DNA of 64,000 nt, from assembly GCA_020137815.1 (NCBI GenBank), contig CM035357.1, forward strand, positions 5,022,001 through 5,086,000, given 5' to 3'. This document shows, piece by piece, positions 13,259-26,581 of this stretch. Origin of the DNA: Hormiphora californensis. Lineage: Eukaryota; Animalia; Ctenophora. The position numbers were made by a program, and so were the translations under genes. Numbering within the stretch: position 1 is the stretch's first letter; every line of letters begins with the position of its first letter. The notes under the pieces are model-generated. The model saw only the letters and a program-made list of their open reading frames with translations, made no database searches and had not been told where the DNA came from.

Positions 13259-14027
13259 TAACGGGTGACAACTAAAAATCTGGACACTTTTCTGTGAGCT
13301 CTAGCGCCGGTCCCGTTTGAGATACAGCTTCAGGCCAGTGATAGAACGATTTTTCAGACAATTTTGAATCAGAATAACACAACGGGAAAGACTTAAAAGT
13401 TCATTTTCATTGCGATATCGCATCACTTCCTCTTGCCCCACCAAAGCATGTATTACGTGAAATTTACACACTTTTCTAGCACCTCTAGCGCCTGTTCTTT
13501 TTGAGATACAGCTTCGGGGCAGCGATAGAATGATTTTTCAGACAATTTTGAAGGAAATTAACTTTGTTTCACACTCCTTTAATCTCAATTCTGATCACAG
13601 AATCATCTGTAACAAAGCTTTCAAATCATAGTTTACAGGTAATTTGAGAAATCGCCATTTTGACGATCTCTCGAAACATTTATGACGTGGAAAACCAACT
13701 TCCTGATGAGCTAAAATGTTGAAACTTGGCAGTTATGTTGGTTATGGCATGAACTACCAGACTTCCAATTTTGAGAATTCTATTTTATCGGGAAGGTTGT
13801 TTCTGATCACATAGAAATCTCAAATCTCCGTACTACATGCTTTGGTGGGTCAAGAGGAAATGATGCGATATGGCAATGAAAATGAACTTTTTAGTCTTTC
13901 CCGTTATGTTATTCTGATTCAAAATTGTCTGAAAATTCGTTCTATCACTGGCCCGAAGTTGTATCTCAAACGGGACCGGCGCCAGAGCTCACAGAAAAAT
14001 GTCCAGATTTTTAGTTGTCACCCGTTA
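13259..14027. mobile_element. MITE with ~140 bp TIRs and TA TSD (Tc1/mariner-like)
   Basis: taacgggtgacaactaaaaatctggaca...tgtccagatttttagttgtcacccgtta, inserted in a (TA)n run; subterminal segment duplicated at ~13483-13550. Confidence 0.8.
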
Positions 14028-14183
14028 TAAGTGTATAGCAGTATCGCAAAATAAAACACATGTGAAGAAATCATTAAAATTTACGATATTAGGTATCGCA
14101 AGGAGCAAAAACGGTGTTTTTCGTAACGACCATGTATGATCATGGTGTAACACTAGTGTAATAAAAGATCACCACGATAAAGC

Positions 14184-14991
14184 CACAGTGGGTAACGATG
14201 GTCGTTTAGGGAAAAAAATCGATTTCGCTGCAAATTTGCTACCCAATAGAGAATTGTTAGGTCTAGCCAGTACAAAAAACCGCATCAAAAAATATTAAGA
14301 TATGCCTATGTTATGAATAAAACAATATGCGCAAACTTAAATTCTGGCAATTGAATCAATTTTGGCAGTCAAATTTATCAATTTTCAGATTTTTTTCTTA
14401 CATTATATGTTTGTTATCTCTGACAAACTAGATGTTAACCATACTCATCATAATTTTGTCTTTTCAATGTTTTTTAGTATGTGGTAATTGGATTTTCCGT
14501 TCATAGGCGGTGAACATTTCTGTGTGCATAGTAAAATTACCCTATTTTTACGAAAATTAGAGTAAAAATAGTAGTTTGGGCGTCATTAGGCGGAAAATTC
14601 AAGGGTTACACGTGTTAATATAGACCCTTCCGAGTATCCTGCAATAAAAATTATGTACCGCTATTCACCGCTACACTGCATTATTAATAAAACAAATGTT
14701 TTAGTTTTCATAAAAACTGGGTGCACAACAGCTAGAAATACAACTAATTTAGGGGATTATGTACTTTTTAAGGATCACTAGATAGTTTTATGGCTTAAAA
14801 GTCTATTCAATATCAAACATTTATACTCAAGCTTCCCGAGTTTCATCTTTTGAAATAAAAAGACAATTTTTGGAATTTTCTATTAAAACACAAGGATTGT
14901 TTCTATTCCAGATTTGGTAAACAGGCCAATTTCACAGTAGATTTTCCTATATTTGCTATACGACCATCAAGCGGCATAAATACCCACTGTG
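14184..14991. mobile_element. Non-autonomous Transib/RAG-like DNA transposon
   Basis: Termini CACAGTGGGTA...TACCCACTGTG; perfect 5-bp direct repeat AAAGC at 14179-14183 and 14992-14996; second shared TIR block GATGGTCGTWTAG; AT-rich non-coding interior. Confidence 0.65.
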
Positions 14992-15004
14992 AAAGCATGT
15001 GATA

Positions 15005-15072
15005 TCTATCACAAGCAACAACTGTTGCTTGTGATAGAATCTTTTGACTCTTACGAGTCAAAAGATTCTATA
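15005..15072. repeat. Two abutting short hairpins
   Basis: tctatcacaagcaac-aact-gttgcttgtgataga and tagaatcttttgactc-ttac-gagtcaaaagattcta. Confidence 0.8.
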
Positions 15073-15583
15073 AATCTGTATCTGTGTGCGGTGTGTGCTT
15101 GTCGATGTGATCTCTGCTGTTGGCGACAGTAATTATAGCAAGAAGAATTCCAATACTGATATAATTACCAATAATAGATTGGTAATTTCATCTCAATAGA
15201 ATTGGAAGAGGGCCATCAAGGATGCGGTATTATAATATTGATTCCGCATTAGATCACTTAACTTCCCGTATTCATCGGATTCATCGGACACTAGCCGTGT
15301 TTCTAATAACTGTTATCAATTATACAGCTATACGATACTTGGTCTACGATGCTTGGTCTACGTTTCCTCTATAATTACAAATTAAGTCCATCAAACGACG
15401 ATTATGTCGGTTAACAACAGAAAGCATTGCTCAGTTGATTCCTCAACTATATGGAAACTAAAATTTAAAAGTGATAACACTCCAACTGATATCAAGAGCT
15501 GAATTCTGTGACCATATAAGATATAAGATATATGAGCTAGAGAAACGATTTGCTATAAATGCTCATCTCTAATTAACTTCTGA

Positions 15584-15697
15584 TGAAACGTCTCAGGCCT
15601 CATCATATATAATGTCAATGACTTATAAATCAATTTATTTTGAATAAGTCATTGACATAAGTCATTGACATTATATGCTTAGGCCTGAGACTTTTCA
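15584..15697. repeat. Imperfect hairpin / tiny MITE
   Basis: tgaaacgtctcaggcct...ataatgtcaatgacttat ... ataagtcattgacattata...aggcctgagacttttca. Confidence 0.65.
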
Positions 15698-17109
15698 TTT
15701 ATGGTCGTGCTGCTGATCACAATCAGCTGTTTCATCTCATACAGTCAGACATTATAATTCCAAACGTATTTTATATACTAATCTTTAAAGATGATATCTC
15801 CTTCCGGCTGGATCAAGAGGGACGAAAGGAAAATACGGCGGTTTATTGTTCAGAACAGTTTCGATGTAGCAACATCTTCATCAGCCTACAATATCAGATA
15901 TATATGGTCGCTTCATCAGTGATGTAGAGCTGCTGGTAGACGGTTACATATAATTGGGGCGATTAGATTCGTGGTTGGTACACTGGAATCACTCATTAGA
16001 CCATATAACCCATTGAGACCATGGAAATTAGAGGTACCTCTTAGCGATCTCCAGGCTAATTAAAATGGGAGATCGTTCTCCCAAATTACGAAGTTGCAGA
16101 TCTTGGATATATCTTACTGCAACGTCTAGACGTATAGGAATCATAGAGCGGCAGTTTCCACCAATGGAGCCTGCTTATATCCAGATGACTGGACTGATCT
16201 CGGATAAAGAAAGGAAGACACTGACAGCCCCGACAACTGCATGGTGGTATATAGTCACGTAAAGATCATATTTGAATTTAATTAGATGATGTGTAACAAT
16301 TCACGGAGAAAGTAAGTCAGATGATGAAAGACCACAACGTCTCGAATATATGAAGTACATATTATAATGCAGACGAAGCTAAGCAATGTTGTTCATTATT
16401 CATTACATGCAGTAGACAGAAATCAAGCATGTTACATAACTGAATAATCATGAACAATACATTCTCTTGAGGATATAATACACTCTAGAGCAATGATAAG
16501 ACGTGGTGAGCAATGATAAGCTTGACGAGGTCCGATATTAAACGATAATTAGTAATTAGTACCATAGTTATAATATAAAATTAGGAAGTCAAAAGTAGTC
16601 ATTATTTGTATCGTAAAATCAACTTTTAGATTCAAGATTCAAAACAAAGATTATAGATTAGCTTGGCTTGTTCGACCATGTTTCTGCACGGGAAACAAAT
16701 TGTAATGCTATGTTAGAACATAACAAGGATTAGAGCTCTCCTATTATATTAGTCGCACTCTTCCGTGAGTATGAGTGAACGAATGAAGCGTATGCCAAGC
16801 AGTGATCATAGGTCAGATCAATCAAATTAGAACTGGACCGAAAGCTAATCAAGTCTTTCGTCCTCTCCTTTTCTATTCTCAATATGTTTTGTTCATTAGG
16901 ATAACATGATTGTGCCCCCACGATCACACTGTAACTTGATTGTCCGGTGTGTCCCGTCATATATTTGACGCTCAACCCACACTAATCGATGAAAGAGCGC
17001 CACAGTGAAGATAATTAAATGTGATCTTGATCATCGAAACATAATCAGGATCCTGACTACTCATGTTTCAACCAATAAAAGTGTTAGTTGAAAACCAATC
17101 CAATTTCAA

Positions 17110-17219
17110 TCAAACCTCGATTTACCGTGGTATTTCGGATCTCCCACACGGTCGGATAAGTTTCCCCTAATATAGGATATCATTCCCCTTAGGACCACAA
17201 CGGTAAATCGAGGTTTGAC
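17110..17219. mobile_element. Tiny pogo/Tc1-like MITE downstream of Kv-B
   Basis: TIR tcaaacctcgatttaccgt / acggtaaatcgaggtttga. Confidence 0.6.
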
Positions 17220-17405
17220 AACAACGAGGTAAATCGGTACTGAATTTGAGCATAAAATTAAAACTCATCATTGAATAATAATCAAACGTTAAACGAATTT
17301 TTAATCATTTTACCCTCCTGTTGGCTTCGAAAAGTACATATTTTGTTCAACTCCACAGTACAATTATTACTTCCTTTCATCTTTCTCGTACATTCAACAC
17401 ACATT

Positions 17406-19837
17406 TTAAACAGAACTCGGACCGTTTAGTTGTTTTAATACCACGTGCTCACTATTCGTCGATGAATCGTGTAGTTGAGAACTCTTCCTCGCACCATCTT
17501 TCCGGAACCCATAAGCTACCCCATTAAACTCCGGGAACTTGTTCGACTCGTGTAGTCCATTGTCTATTGTAGCGTAAGAGCCCGCCTTGGGTGTTGTAAT
17601 CTTCATGAATCGATTAAAGTTTGTGATGATGATGGGGAATGGAAGCGAGATGACGAGGATGCCCGTCAAAGCACAGAGACTCCCAACCACCTTTCCAAGG
17701 GGTGTCTTGGGGACATAGTCACCATATCCCACGGTTGACATGGTAACGATACTCCACCAGAAACCGGCGATGACACTATCAAATTGGTTTGAGTCTCCCG
17801 GTGGACACTTTTGTCCACACTCATGACTATCACCATCCCCCGAACAGTGATCACTGCACCCCTCCGAAAAGAACATGAGGCTACTGTACAGAGCCACAAA
17901 AGTTATAAGTGTCATTGTCAAAATAAGGAGCTCCCCCGCACTCTGCCGGAGAGCATACCCGAGTGCAAAGAGACCTTGGAAGTAGCGTGAAATCTTGAAG
18001 ATCCGAACGATCCGGAGTGCTCGGAAGAGCCTTAGAACCATGATAAATGGTGGGTTGAGATGCTCCGCCAGGAGTTCCAAGTAGAAAGGAGTCACTGCGA
18101 GGAGGTCGAACCAGTTGAGAACCGATTGGAGAAACTCTCTCTTGTCGGGGCAGGTCACCAGTCGGGTTACAAAGTCTATGGTAAACCAGGTTATGCTGAT
18201 CTTTTCAACTCCTATCGTAACTTGTTTTGCTTGTCCAACACTGGAAATAGAGGATGGTGGTGAGGTAGTTAAAAAGTGGGCCAAAAGGTACTTTTAATTT
18301 ATTGATATAAAAAAGTGTGGGAATATAATGCATAACGCGGCGTCATACACATTTTCATTTGGAATTTTCACTTGGAATTTTCATTTGAAAACCATCCACG
18401 CGCATGCACGTGCAAGCTTCAAACACAAGTTAGAACCATGGGACCTTCACTAAAGTGATCCTTGGATCAAAACAAATAAGTTAGTGAAGGTCCCGTGCTT
18501 CTAACTTGTGTTTGAAGCTTGCACGTGCATGCGCGTGGATGGTTTTCAAATGAAAATTCCAAATGAAAATTCCAAATAAAAATGTGTATGACGGACTGTA
18601 ACGGAAGTACCACTCATATAATGGTGTCATTATAGTTACCTCATGTCGGTTCCCCAGAGTTGTTTATGATCTTGATCAGGATAGCGAAGGATGGGAAGAG
18701 ATTCAATACACTGGCAAATGACAGCCAGGAAGATAATTATCTGGTCAAAGTATCCGAGAAGCCGTGCAATTATCCCCGATTGAGGATCATCAAATACCTA
18801 AAACGAGGGGGATCCATACTTCAGTACACATAAACAGTCGATTTACTGGAACCCGATTTGAATCACAATTTACCGAGATTCTAAATTAGTTTGAATCAAG
18901 ATTTAAAAAAAATATTACCGTCCATATTTTTCGTTGAAGGTCACATCTAAAATGGTCAACTTTTAAAGTTGAAGAAGTTATCCGTTCTTTAGAAAGCGGA
19001 GTGGAGAATTTGCTGATGATGTTTTCTCCCATTTTGAAAAATCTGAAACGAATTTTGAAATCGCATTATTTTGTGTTTTAAACGGGATGAACAGTTCAAC
19101 CTAAAATATTTTTTAAATCACATAATAGATACCTTAGCTCCTCAATAAAGATGTCTGGGTTGATATTGGAAGGTAGACAAATGATTCCATCGGACTGATA
19201 GAAGTAAAGGATGGGCTCGAAGGTGCTCCGATTCCTGTCGAAGAAGTATTCATCCCGTTCCACACAGTAGTAATCCTCCCTCTCGTTTGAACCTTTAGGG
19301 GTGGCGGGTTTTTAATTGGATGGATATTATAAAATTTTTGGGCACGGTGAACCTTGAAATGTTCTAACCTTCCTTTGCAACATTTATAAGAGATGGTGAA
19401 CCCCACTTCACCTAATCAACATTTACACCATAAGTGTGCTTAAACGCATATACAGTAATGACTAATGGGATCAACCTACCGAGAAGAGTGTCAGGGAATC
19501 TGTTGAGCGTTGATTTCCACGTTTGAAACCTCAGTCCCCCAACATTGATGGTCAGCAGCTCCCGCTGTGACAAACCCTCCTCTACACTACAACTTCTTGC
19601 TGGTAGACTTCTACTTTTTAAAAGATTGTCAACTACAGAGGTAACGTGATGGTTCGCCGGATCAGGAGTTTCGTCGTCATAGTGATGATGTGATGATGGT
19701 GAATCTAAAGGGGAGGCATGGTTTGAGATATTATCCTCTCCGTTATAGCTATCATGCGAGTCTTTGCGGAGATTTAGGGCAAGATTTGAATTTTCCTCTT
19801 CGATGTGAGGCACTTCTTCATAGGATGTGTGATTCAT
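17406..19837 (-). CDS. Voltage-gated K+ channel, Shaker/Kv1 family (Kv-B), 5 coding exons, ~544 aa
   Basis: Exons 19837-19480, 19292-19133, 19042-18919, 18797-18640, 18240-17406, all GT-AG and phase-consistent (1635 nt). T1 (TINVGGLRFQT...EYFFDRNR), S4 RLFRALRIVRIFKISR, pore TVGYGD, S6 LPFP. Confidence 0.93.
18341..18593. mobile_element. Foldback element in the last intron of Kv-B
   Basis: ~113 bp inverted arms (cgtcatacacatttt...ggaccttcactaa / ttagtgaaggtccc...aatgtgtatgacg) with a ~27 bp spacer. Confidence 0.8.
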
Positions 19838-21287
19838 CGAGTCTCATGCTCCTATAATAAACCTGCGGCAAATGGAGATATGATGATTTAACAAAGAGGA
19901 CGTGATTCAATTCTGGAGGGATTCAAACCAACTTTTGCAAAATCTAGAGGGAAGTTAAAGAAATGAAAGATATTCCTTTGCAAAGAATTTAGCAGCTTGT
20001 TAGACTTTTAGACTTTACTATATTCACAAAACGTGACCAAGTAATTTAGTGTCAACTATTTAACTTAGTACGAATAAACTATTTCATAACCATACGAATA
20101 ATTCAGAGCAGTTATAATTATCGATCTAAGGTTTAGTTATTGAAATAGCTTAAAGCTTCAGTAGCAGATAACTTCTGAATTAAATATACAATCGTATGTG
20201 GTCTGCAAAACTAATTCGATTCCGTTGAAAGTCATTAACGTATTGACAAAATATATTCCGGAGAATATAGTACTTCTAATGCTAGATGAAACATTATATT
20301 TATATACAGTTCATCCATAAATCGCCTACTTAATGATCGCCCACATTATAGCTATATAGGCACACGTCTCGTCGCTCACATAAATACTTAAGTAAAGCAA
20401 TGCGGTTTTATTTTTTATTTCTCTCTCTCGCTCTCTCGCTTTTCTCCCACTTTCTCTCTCTCGCTCTCCCTCTGTCACACTTAGATTCACGACAATTTAT
20501 TTCCTAAAATCTGTGTGTATGTGTTCGTTGAGCAGTCTAAAAATTCATCTTCAAAACAATTATCAACTTCAAACTATTATCATACCACAGTATATTATCA
20601 TTTTTGCGTCAGTCTTAAAAACATTACGTTTAACATGTATGGAGCAGCTTCGGGAAAGCTTCCGGTAAATCCGATGGGCAACATATACATCTACATGGAA
20701 AAGGAATCAAGTTATAGCATTATTATTAGTATTAGTAAATGGCCTGGTAGTTTACAAGTTGTTATATGTTGAGAAATAGAGGCAGAAGGTTATGGCAGTA
20801 ATCACAGGGTATTAATACGACCAGTCCATTTGCAATCGACTAATCGAACTAAATCAATCAAAAAAGAAGCCACATACACAACACTCTCTTCTCATCTTTA
20901 TCTCTCTACAGCTCTGATCTATCTTTTAATCTAACAAGATTTGCCCGTGACCGGACCAGCACTTGCTCGATCCGGAAGTTTCACCCTATCCCTAATTGTT
21001 TCTATAAATAGCATCTAATCACCGGATAATCATGCCTGATCAGACCTCGGTGGCGAATCCCACTGCCGAGTGAGATCGGGAGAGAGAGAGAGGAGGGGGA
21101 GAGAGAGAGAGAGGAGGGGGAGAGAGATAGATACTTATACTATCACCAAGATTAAGTACGGCTAAGTGTCTGTGTCAGGCTAATTGCAGCGGTTATCGCG
21201 ACCAAGATCAGTAAAACTAGTGTGATAAGGAGGCCGATTTCGTTAATCTCCTGCATGCGCCATGCAGCCATCACAGCGTCTACTCTG

Positions 21288-21293
<6 letters not shown>

Positions 21294-21362
<69 letters not shown>

Positions 21363-21484
21363 CAGAGACAGAGACAGAGACAGAGACAGAGACAGAGACA
21401 GAGACAGAGACAGAGACAGAGACAGAGACAGAGACAGAGACAGAGACAGAGACAGAGACAGAGACAGAGACAGAGACAGAGAGA
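21294..21484. repeat. Compound (GA)n-(GAGACA)n microsatellite upstream of Kv-B
   Basis: Directly visible; (CT)n follows at 21842-21910. Confidence 0.95.
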
Positions 21485-21839
21485 TACTTAGTGGGATCAG
21501 GGATGTACGTTGGAAAATGCCAGTACGGCTAACTAAAATATTTTGGTCAAAACGGGGAGAACACAGTGGTTTTAAATAAGCTCTAATAGATATGATCTGT
21601 CGACATCGGGAAAGAGAAGATAAGCGGTGGAAAGGAAAGAGATGGAATTATAGAGAGGGAAAGAGAAGGTATACAACTTCTTACGTGAACAATTAACGTG
21701 CATGTCGTAAGACTGTAGATAATAACTAACAGTAACGGCAAACAAGTCTATACAATAAAGCAGGAACCCTTCAGGCCTATTAAAATTACCGTTGAGTGTG
21801 ATATAGATCGATGCTCAGTGCTCACTGTCTTTTGCTATG

Positions 21840-21910
<71 letters not shown>

Positions 21911-23558
21911 CCTTTCTAAGAAAAAACCTTTAAGCAAAACTTTAGGCTCAAGTTATACCATGTGCTATTGGTAAACAGAGCAGAAAGACCTACCTTTTCT
22001 AGATGCATTAGTTAACCGCAAATTGGAATCGATTTAAAGTATATTTTAAGGATCCGAAGTTTTACAAATACGAAAACTTCCTGTGCAATCGGAAAGATTA
22101 TCATAATTGATGGCTAATCGACGTACTTTGTAAGCTTTAGTATATCTCCGCTTAAAAATGGACGAAAAGAACGAGAAAAAATTTGAAAAAACTTTTAAAG
22201 CCTGACAACGAGATTCACTAGACTATACTAGTAACAGTAGACTACTATATAATAGAGTAGTAGAGGTCATTCACAAAAATGTTGCTAAATTGGGCTTCAA
22301 CTTGTTGAGTACTTAACAAGCTTCAACTGAGACTGACGAAGTGCGAGTGAGATGTACCACACTAGAATCACCCTAGTAAATCAAATATCGGTTGATTGTA
22401 GATCAACACACTTACCCTTACTTTTATACAGTAGTTAATTATGAAACCAACCCTGAGATATACTATCTTGGGATACTGACTACTACGATATATATCAACC
22501 AATCCACAATGAATCTGCGGTAACAGAGTGATGTGGTATAATTATTAGTGGTATGCAATATTGCTAATTATTTGACTGCTAGCAAATCAGAGCTACGAAT
22601 TCTTAAAGCACCACCAGATCTCTACAGATCCTCCCCAATCTGAATCACGTGCAATTTGAATCACGTGTATGTTATAGGGATCAGATTCAGATATCAGCTG
22701 ATTGGTCGCAGCCGAAGATCCAGATACAGATCAAATCAGCACGTGTGGTTGATGAATATCTAGCTCAGTGAAACTAAGGACACGGTTGTAGGGGACGAAG
22801 TCCTCCCTGATCTCTCTCTCATGTGTAGGCTAGGGACGGGGACGAGTGAAATCCATTCTCTTCTTCTATTATCCCCTTCCCGGTAACCGTACCAAAACCC
22901 GGTTACCCTACCAAACCTACTAAATCTAGGCTATTGGGGACATCATCGCACGTGAGTGTTGGTGACTCAATGAATCAGTGGTGTTACACAGCGATAATAG
23001 CAGATGATGCTTGGCAAGGATGTCTAGTCTGGTCATAAACTGCCTTTTGTTCTTTAGCAAAACTTCACGCCCATTTCACAGCTCCCTATTCTTGCTCAAC
23101 CCTCTCTTTCCTCATGCGCCCCTCTGTTTGAACAAAACAACCTCGCCCCTCTTTACAATTCACACCCATTTCCCAAAATTGGCCCAGCTCCCAACAGAGC
23201 ATTGGCAGCTGTCAGCCCAAAACTGTTTACTGTGATCTGTTTACAGGAAGAAAACAGATCCCCACTATTCAGTGGACCCGGGGAATACAATTCACAGGGT
23301 CCCTGATCTCCTATAATTATAAAGGAGCGGATTTTCCCGATGACTGATCTTTACAAAAAGCAATATAATTGAACTGGCTAGTCGTATTGTCATTGTACGG
23401 TAACACACACGGACCTTATATTGTGTGAGCTCTGATCTCTCCCTCTCTCGCCCCATATCTTTCTCTCTCTCGATCATCTTACTCTCCATCTCTATCTCTC
23501 TCGGTTTATTTTACCAAAGAGTTGATCTAGCTCCATGAATTGGCACCAACAATAATTA

Positions 23559-24818
23559 TAAAAGCGATTCCACTTCCAGGGCACTCCAATGGGTCTCTAC
23601 AACCACCAAAAAAATTTACCGCGGGTACCGCGATGGAGAAATCGGTCATTTCCGGGTTTATTTTGCACCTGCATAAATATAGCCTAGGACAAATGCGATA
23701 TACGGTAAAAACCGTCTTTGGAAACAAGTAGAAAAGAAATCAAGGGCACTTAAGTGTGTAGCGTCCTCGCATTAGTGGGGGTAGGTGCTGGAATTAAGTC
23801 TCTATCTTATCAGGTTAATTAGATAATTGGATAATTAGATGTGCACATAGCCGTTTTATGGTTATACGGTAAAAACCATCTTTGGAATGGAGTAGAGAAA
23901 AAACCGAGGGTACTAGAGTGATCAGCGTCCTCGAATTAGTGGGGGTAGGTACCAAAATTAAGTTCCTATCTCATCGCGTTAATTAGATAATTGGATAATT
24001 AGGTATGCGCATAACCGTTTTTAGGTTACATGGCTATAGCCACTTAGGAATGGTTTAGAGACTTTTCATTGGTGCCATTTTGTAGGCAATAGCCAAGTTA
24101 TGGGGGGTCGACGTCGGACTTTTAAGCTCTATATTCAACCATTTAGCCGTTATATGGCTTTAAAGGTGCTCAAAATCGGTCTTTTCACCGCTTTGTTGCT
24201 CACTTTGAGCACCTTTAAAGCCAAATAACGGCTGAACGGTTGAATATAGAGCTTAAAAGTCCGACGTCGACCCCCAATAACTTGGCTATTGCCTACAAAA
24301 TGGCACCAATGACAAGTCTCTAAACCATTCCTAAGTGGCTATAGCCATGTAACCTAAAACGGTTATGCGCATACCTAATTATCCAATTATCTAATTAACG
24401 CGATGAGATAGGAACTTAATTTTGGTACCTACCCCCACTAATTCGAGGACGCTGATCACTCTAGTACCCTCGGTTTTTTCTCTACTCCATTCTAAAGATG
24501 GTTTTTACCGTATAACCATAAAACGGCTATGTGCACATCTAATTATCCAATTATCTAATTAACCTGATAAGATAGAGACTTAATTCCAGCACCTACCCCC
24601 ACTAATGCGAGGACGCTACACACTTTAGTGCCCTTGATTTCTTTTCTACTTGTTTCCAAAGACGGTTTTTACCGTATATCGCATTTGTCCTAGGCTATAT
24701 TTATGTAGGTGCAAAATAAACCCGGAAATGACCGATTTCTCCATCGCGGTACCCGCGGTAAATTTTTTTGGTGGTTGTAGAGACCCATTGGAGTGCCCTG
24801 GAAGTGGAATTGCTTTTA
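23559..24818. mobile_element. Large foldback element (~615 bp arms, probable TA TSD)
   Basis: taaaagcgattccacttccaggg...ccctggaagtggaattgctttta; spacer ~24176-24203; each arm carries an internal ~180 bp tandem duplication. Confidence 0.85.
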
Positions 24819-25278
24819 GATCAATTACTTCCTTTTTCAGCGATATATCGACGTCATATGACTGGCCATGATTCACATAACAACTCTATCAATTATAAAC
24901 CTCACAATTTGTGAGTCAAGTGGGCCGGGTATTCGGGGCCTGGCAAGGCCCCCGACTCGAATATAAACCAAACTCAACCCATCCCCCCTAAAACTAAAAC
25001 AACGGGGCCGAGCCGACAGGCCCTTAATACCAGATGAAAAAAAACCATAAAACCATTCGGGGCCTGGAAAGGCCCCCCGACCCGAATATAACCCAAACTC
25101 AACCCATCCCCCCTAAAACATCCCCCCTAAAACTAAAACAACGGGGCCGAGCCGACAGGCCCTCTATAACAGATGCCAAAAAAACCATTCGGGGCCTGGC
25201 AATGCCCCCCGACCCGAATATAAACCAAACTCAACCCATCCCCCCTAAAACAACGGGGCCGAGCCGACAGGCCCTTAA

Positions 25279-26581
25279 GGGTACACCTGGCGTTTTTCAT
25301 CATCGAGTGCCCAACCAAATGACTTCACCAGGGTTTAGGCCATACAAAATGGACCTCAAATATGCAATTTTAGCCCTAAAGTCGAATTCATATTTTTGCT
25401 ACAGCCTATTTTCAAAGTGGCGTTTTTTCAATTTTTGTTGAAATTTTTAACCTCAGGACCACTTTTTTTGAGATAGAAACATTAAATTCTTGGAATTTGA
25501 AGAGAATATAAAGGTGAATAAGCCCAAAGAAGGATTTTTGAAATGGAGCTTATTTCTGGCCATGAGAACGGTTTACTTTTTTGCTTCTTTGACACGCTGG
25601 CTGAGAATGTTCCCATGCTTCATTAGAGATGAAAATCTGGAAATAGTTGCTCAAAACGATTATCTATGTGGCCCAAAAATTTTGGAACTTTCCCGCCAAA
25701 GATGTGGTGTACAGAGCTTTTTTTGTGAAACTTGTCTTTTTGAAAAAGAGGGAAATTCCCTGTATCTCAAAAAAGGATGATCGTAGAGACCTGGGACTAA
25801 GCTTAATCGATTCAGAAGGTCCGATTTTGGGGGGGTCTTCTGAGAGACATTTTGCTCCTACTCCTTCCGTTGTTGCTGTAATTGCGAAAAAGGTATCAGG
25901 AAGTAAGGGGGAAATCAGCCCGAAGCAGGCTACTGGAATAAAGTTGTTTCCCCTTTTTCATAGAATTGGTTTTTGCAATTACAGCAAAATCGGTTGGAGT
26001 AGGAGCAAAATGTCTCTCAGAAGACCCCCCCAAAATTGGACCTTCTGAATCGATTAAGCTTGGTCCCAGGTCTCTACGATCATCCGTTTTTGAGATACAG
26101 GGAATTTCCCTCTTTTTCAAAAAGACGGGTTTCACAAAACAAGCTCTGTACACCACATCTTTGGCGGGAAAGTTCCAAAATTTTTGGGCCACATAGATAA
26201 TCGTTTTGAGCAACTATTTCCAGATTTTCATCTCTAATGAAGCATGGGAACATTCTCAGCCAGCGTGTCAAAGAAGCAAAAAAGTAAACCGTTCTCATGG
26301 CCAGAAATAAGCTCCATTTCAAAAATCCTTCTTTGGGCTTATTCACCTTTATATTCTCTTCAAATTCCAAGAATTTAATGTTTCTATCTCAAAAAAATTG
26401 GTCCTGAGGTTAAAAATTTCAACAAAAATTGAAAAAACACCACTTTGAAAATAGGCTGTAGCAAAAATATGAATTCGACTTTAGGGCTAAAATTGCATAT
26501 TTGAGGTCCATTTTGTATGGCCTAAACCCTGGTGAAGTCATTTGGTTGGGCACTCGATGATGAAAAACGCCAGGTGTACCC
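25279..26581. mobile_element. Foldback MITE, Kolobok-like (TTAA TSD, GG...CC termini)
   Basis: ~610 bp inverted arms; TTAA at 25275-25278 and 26582-26585; the empty site gacaggcccTTAAtaccagatg is present at 25015-25036. Confidence 0.9.

Noticed and set aside
15780-16270. Possible RTE-type LINE C-terminal relic
   Set aside because: Only faint motif resemblance across several frameshifts; not supportable without a profile search.
17406-18284. ORF-track starts for the Kv last exons (6447, 18284, 42320) as gene starts
   Set aside because: These are internal or intronic codons; the true exons begin at splice acceptors 6460, 18240 and 42327.
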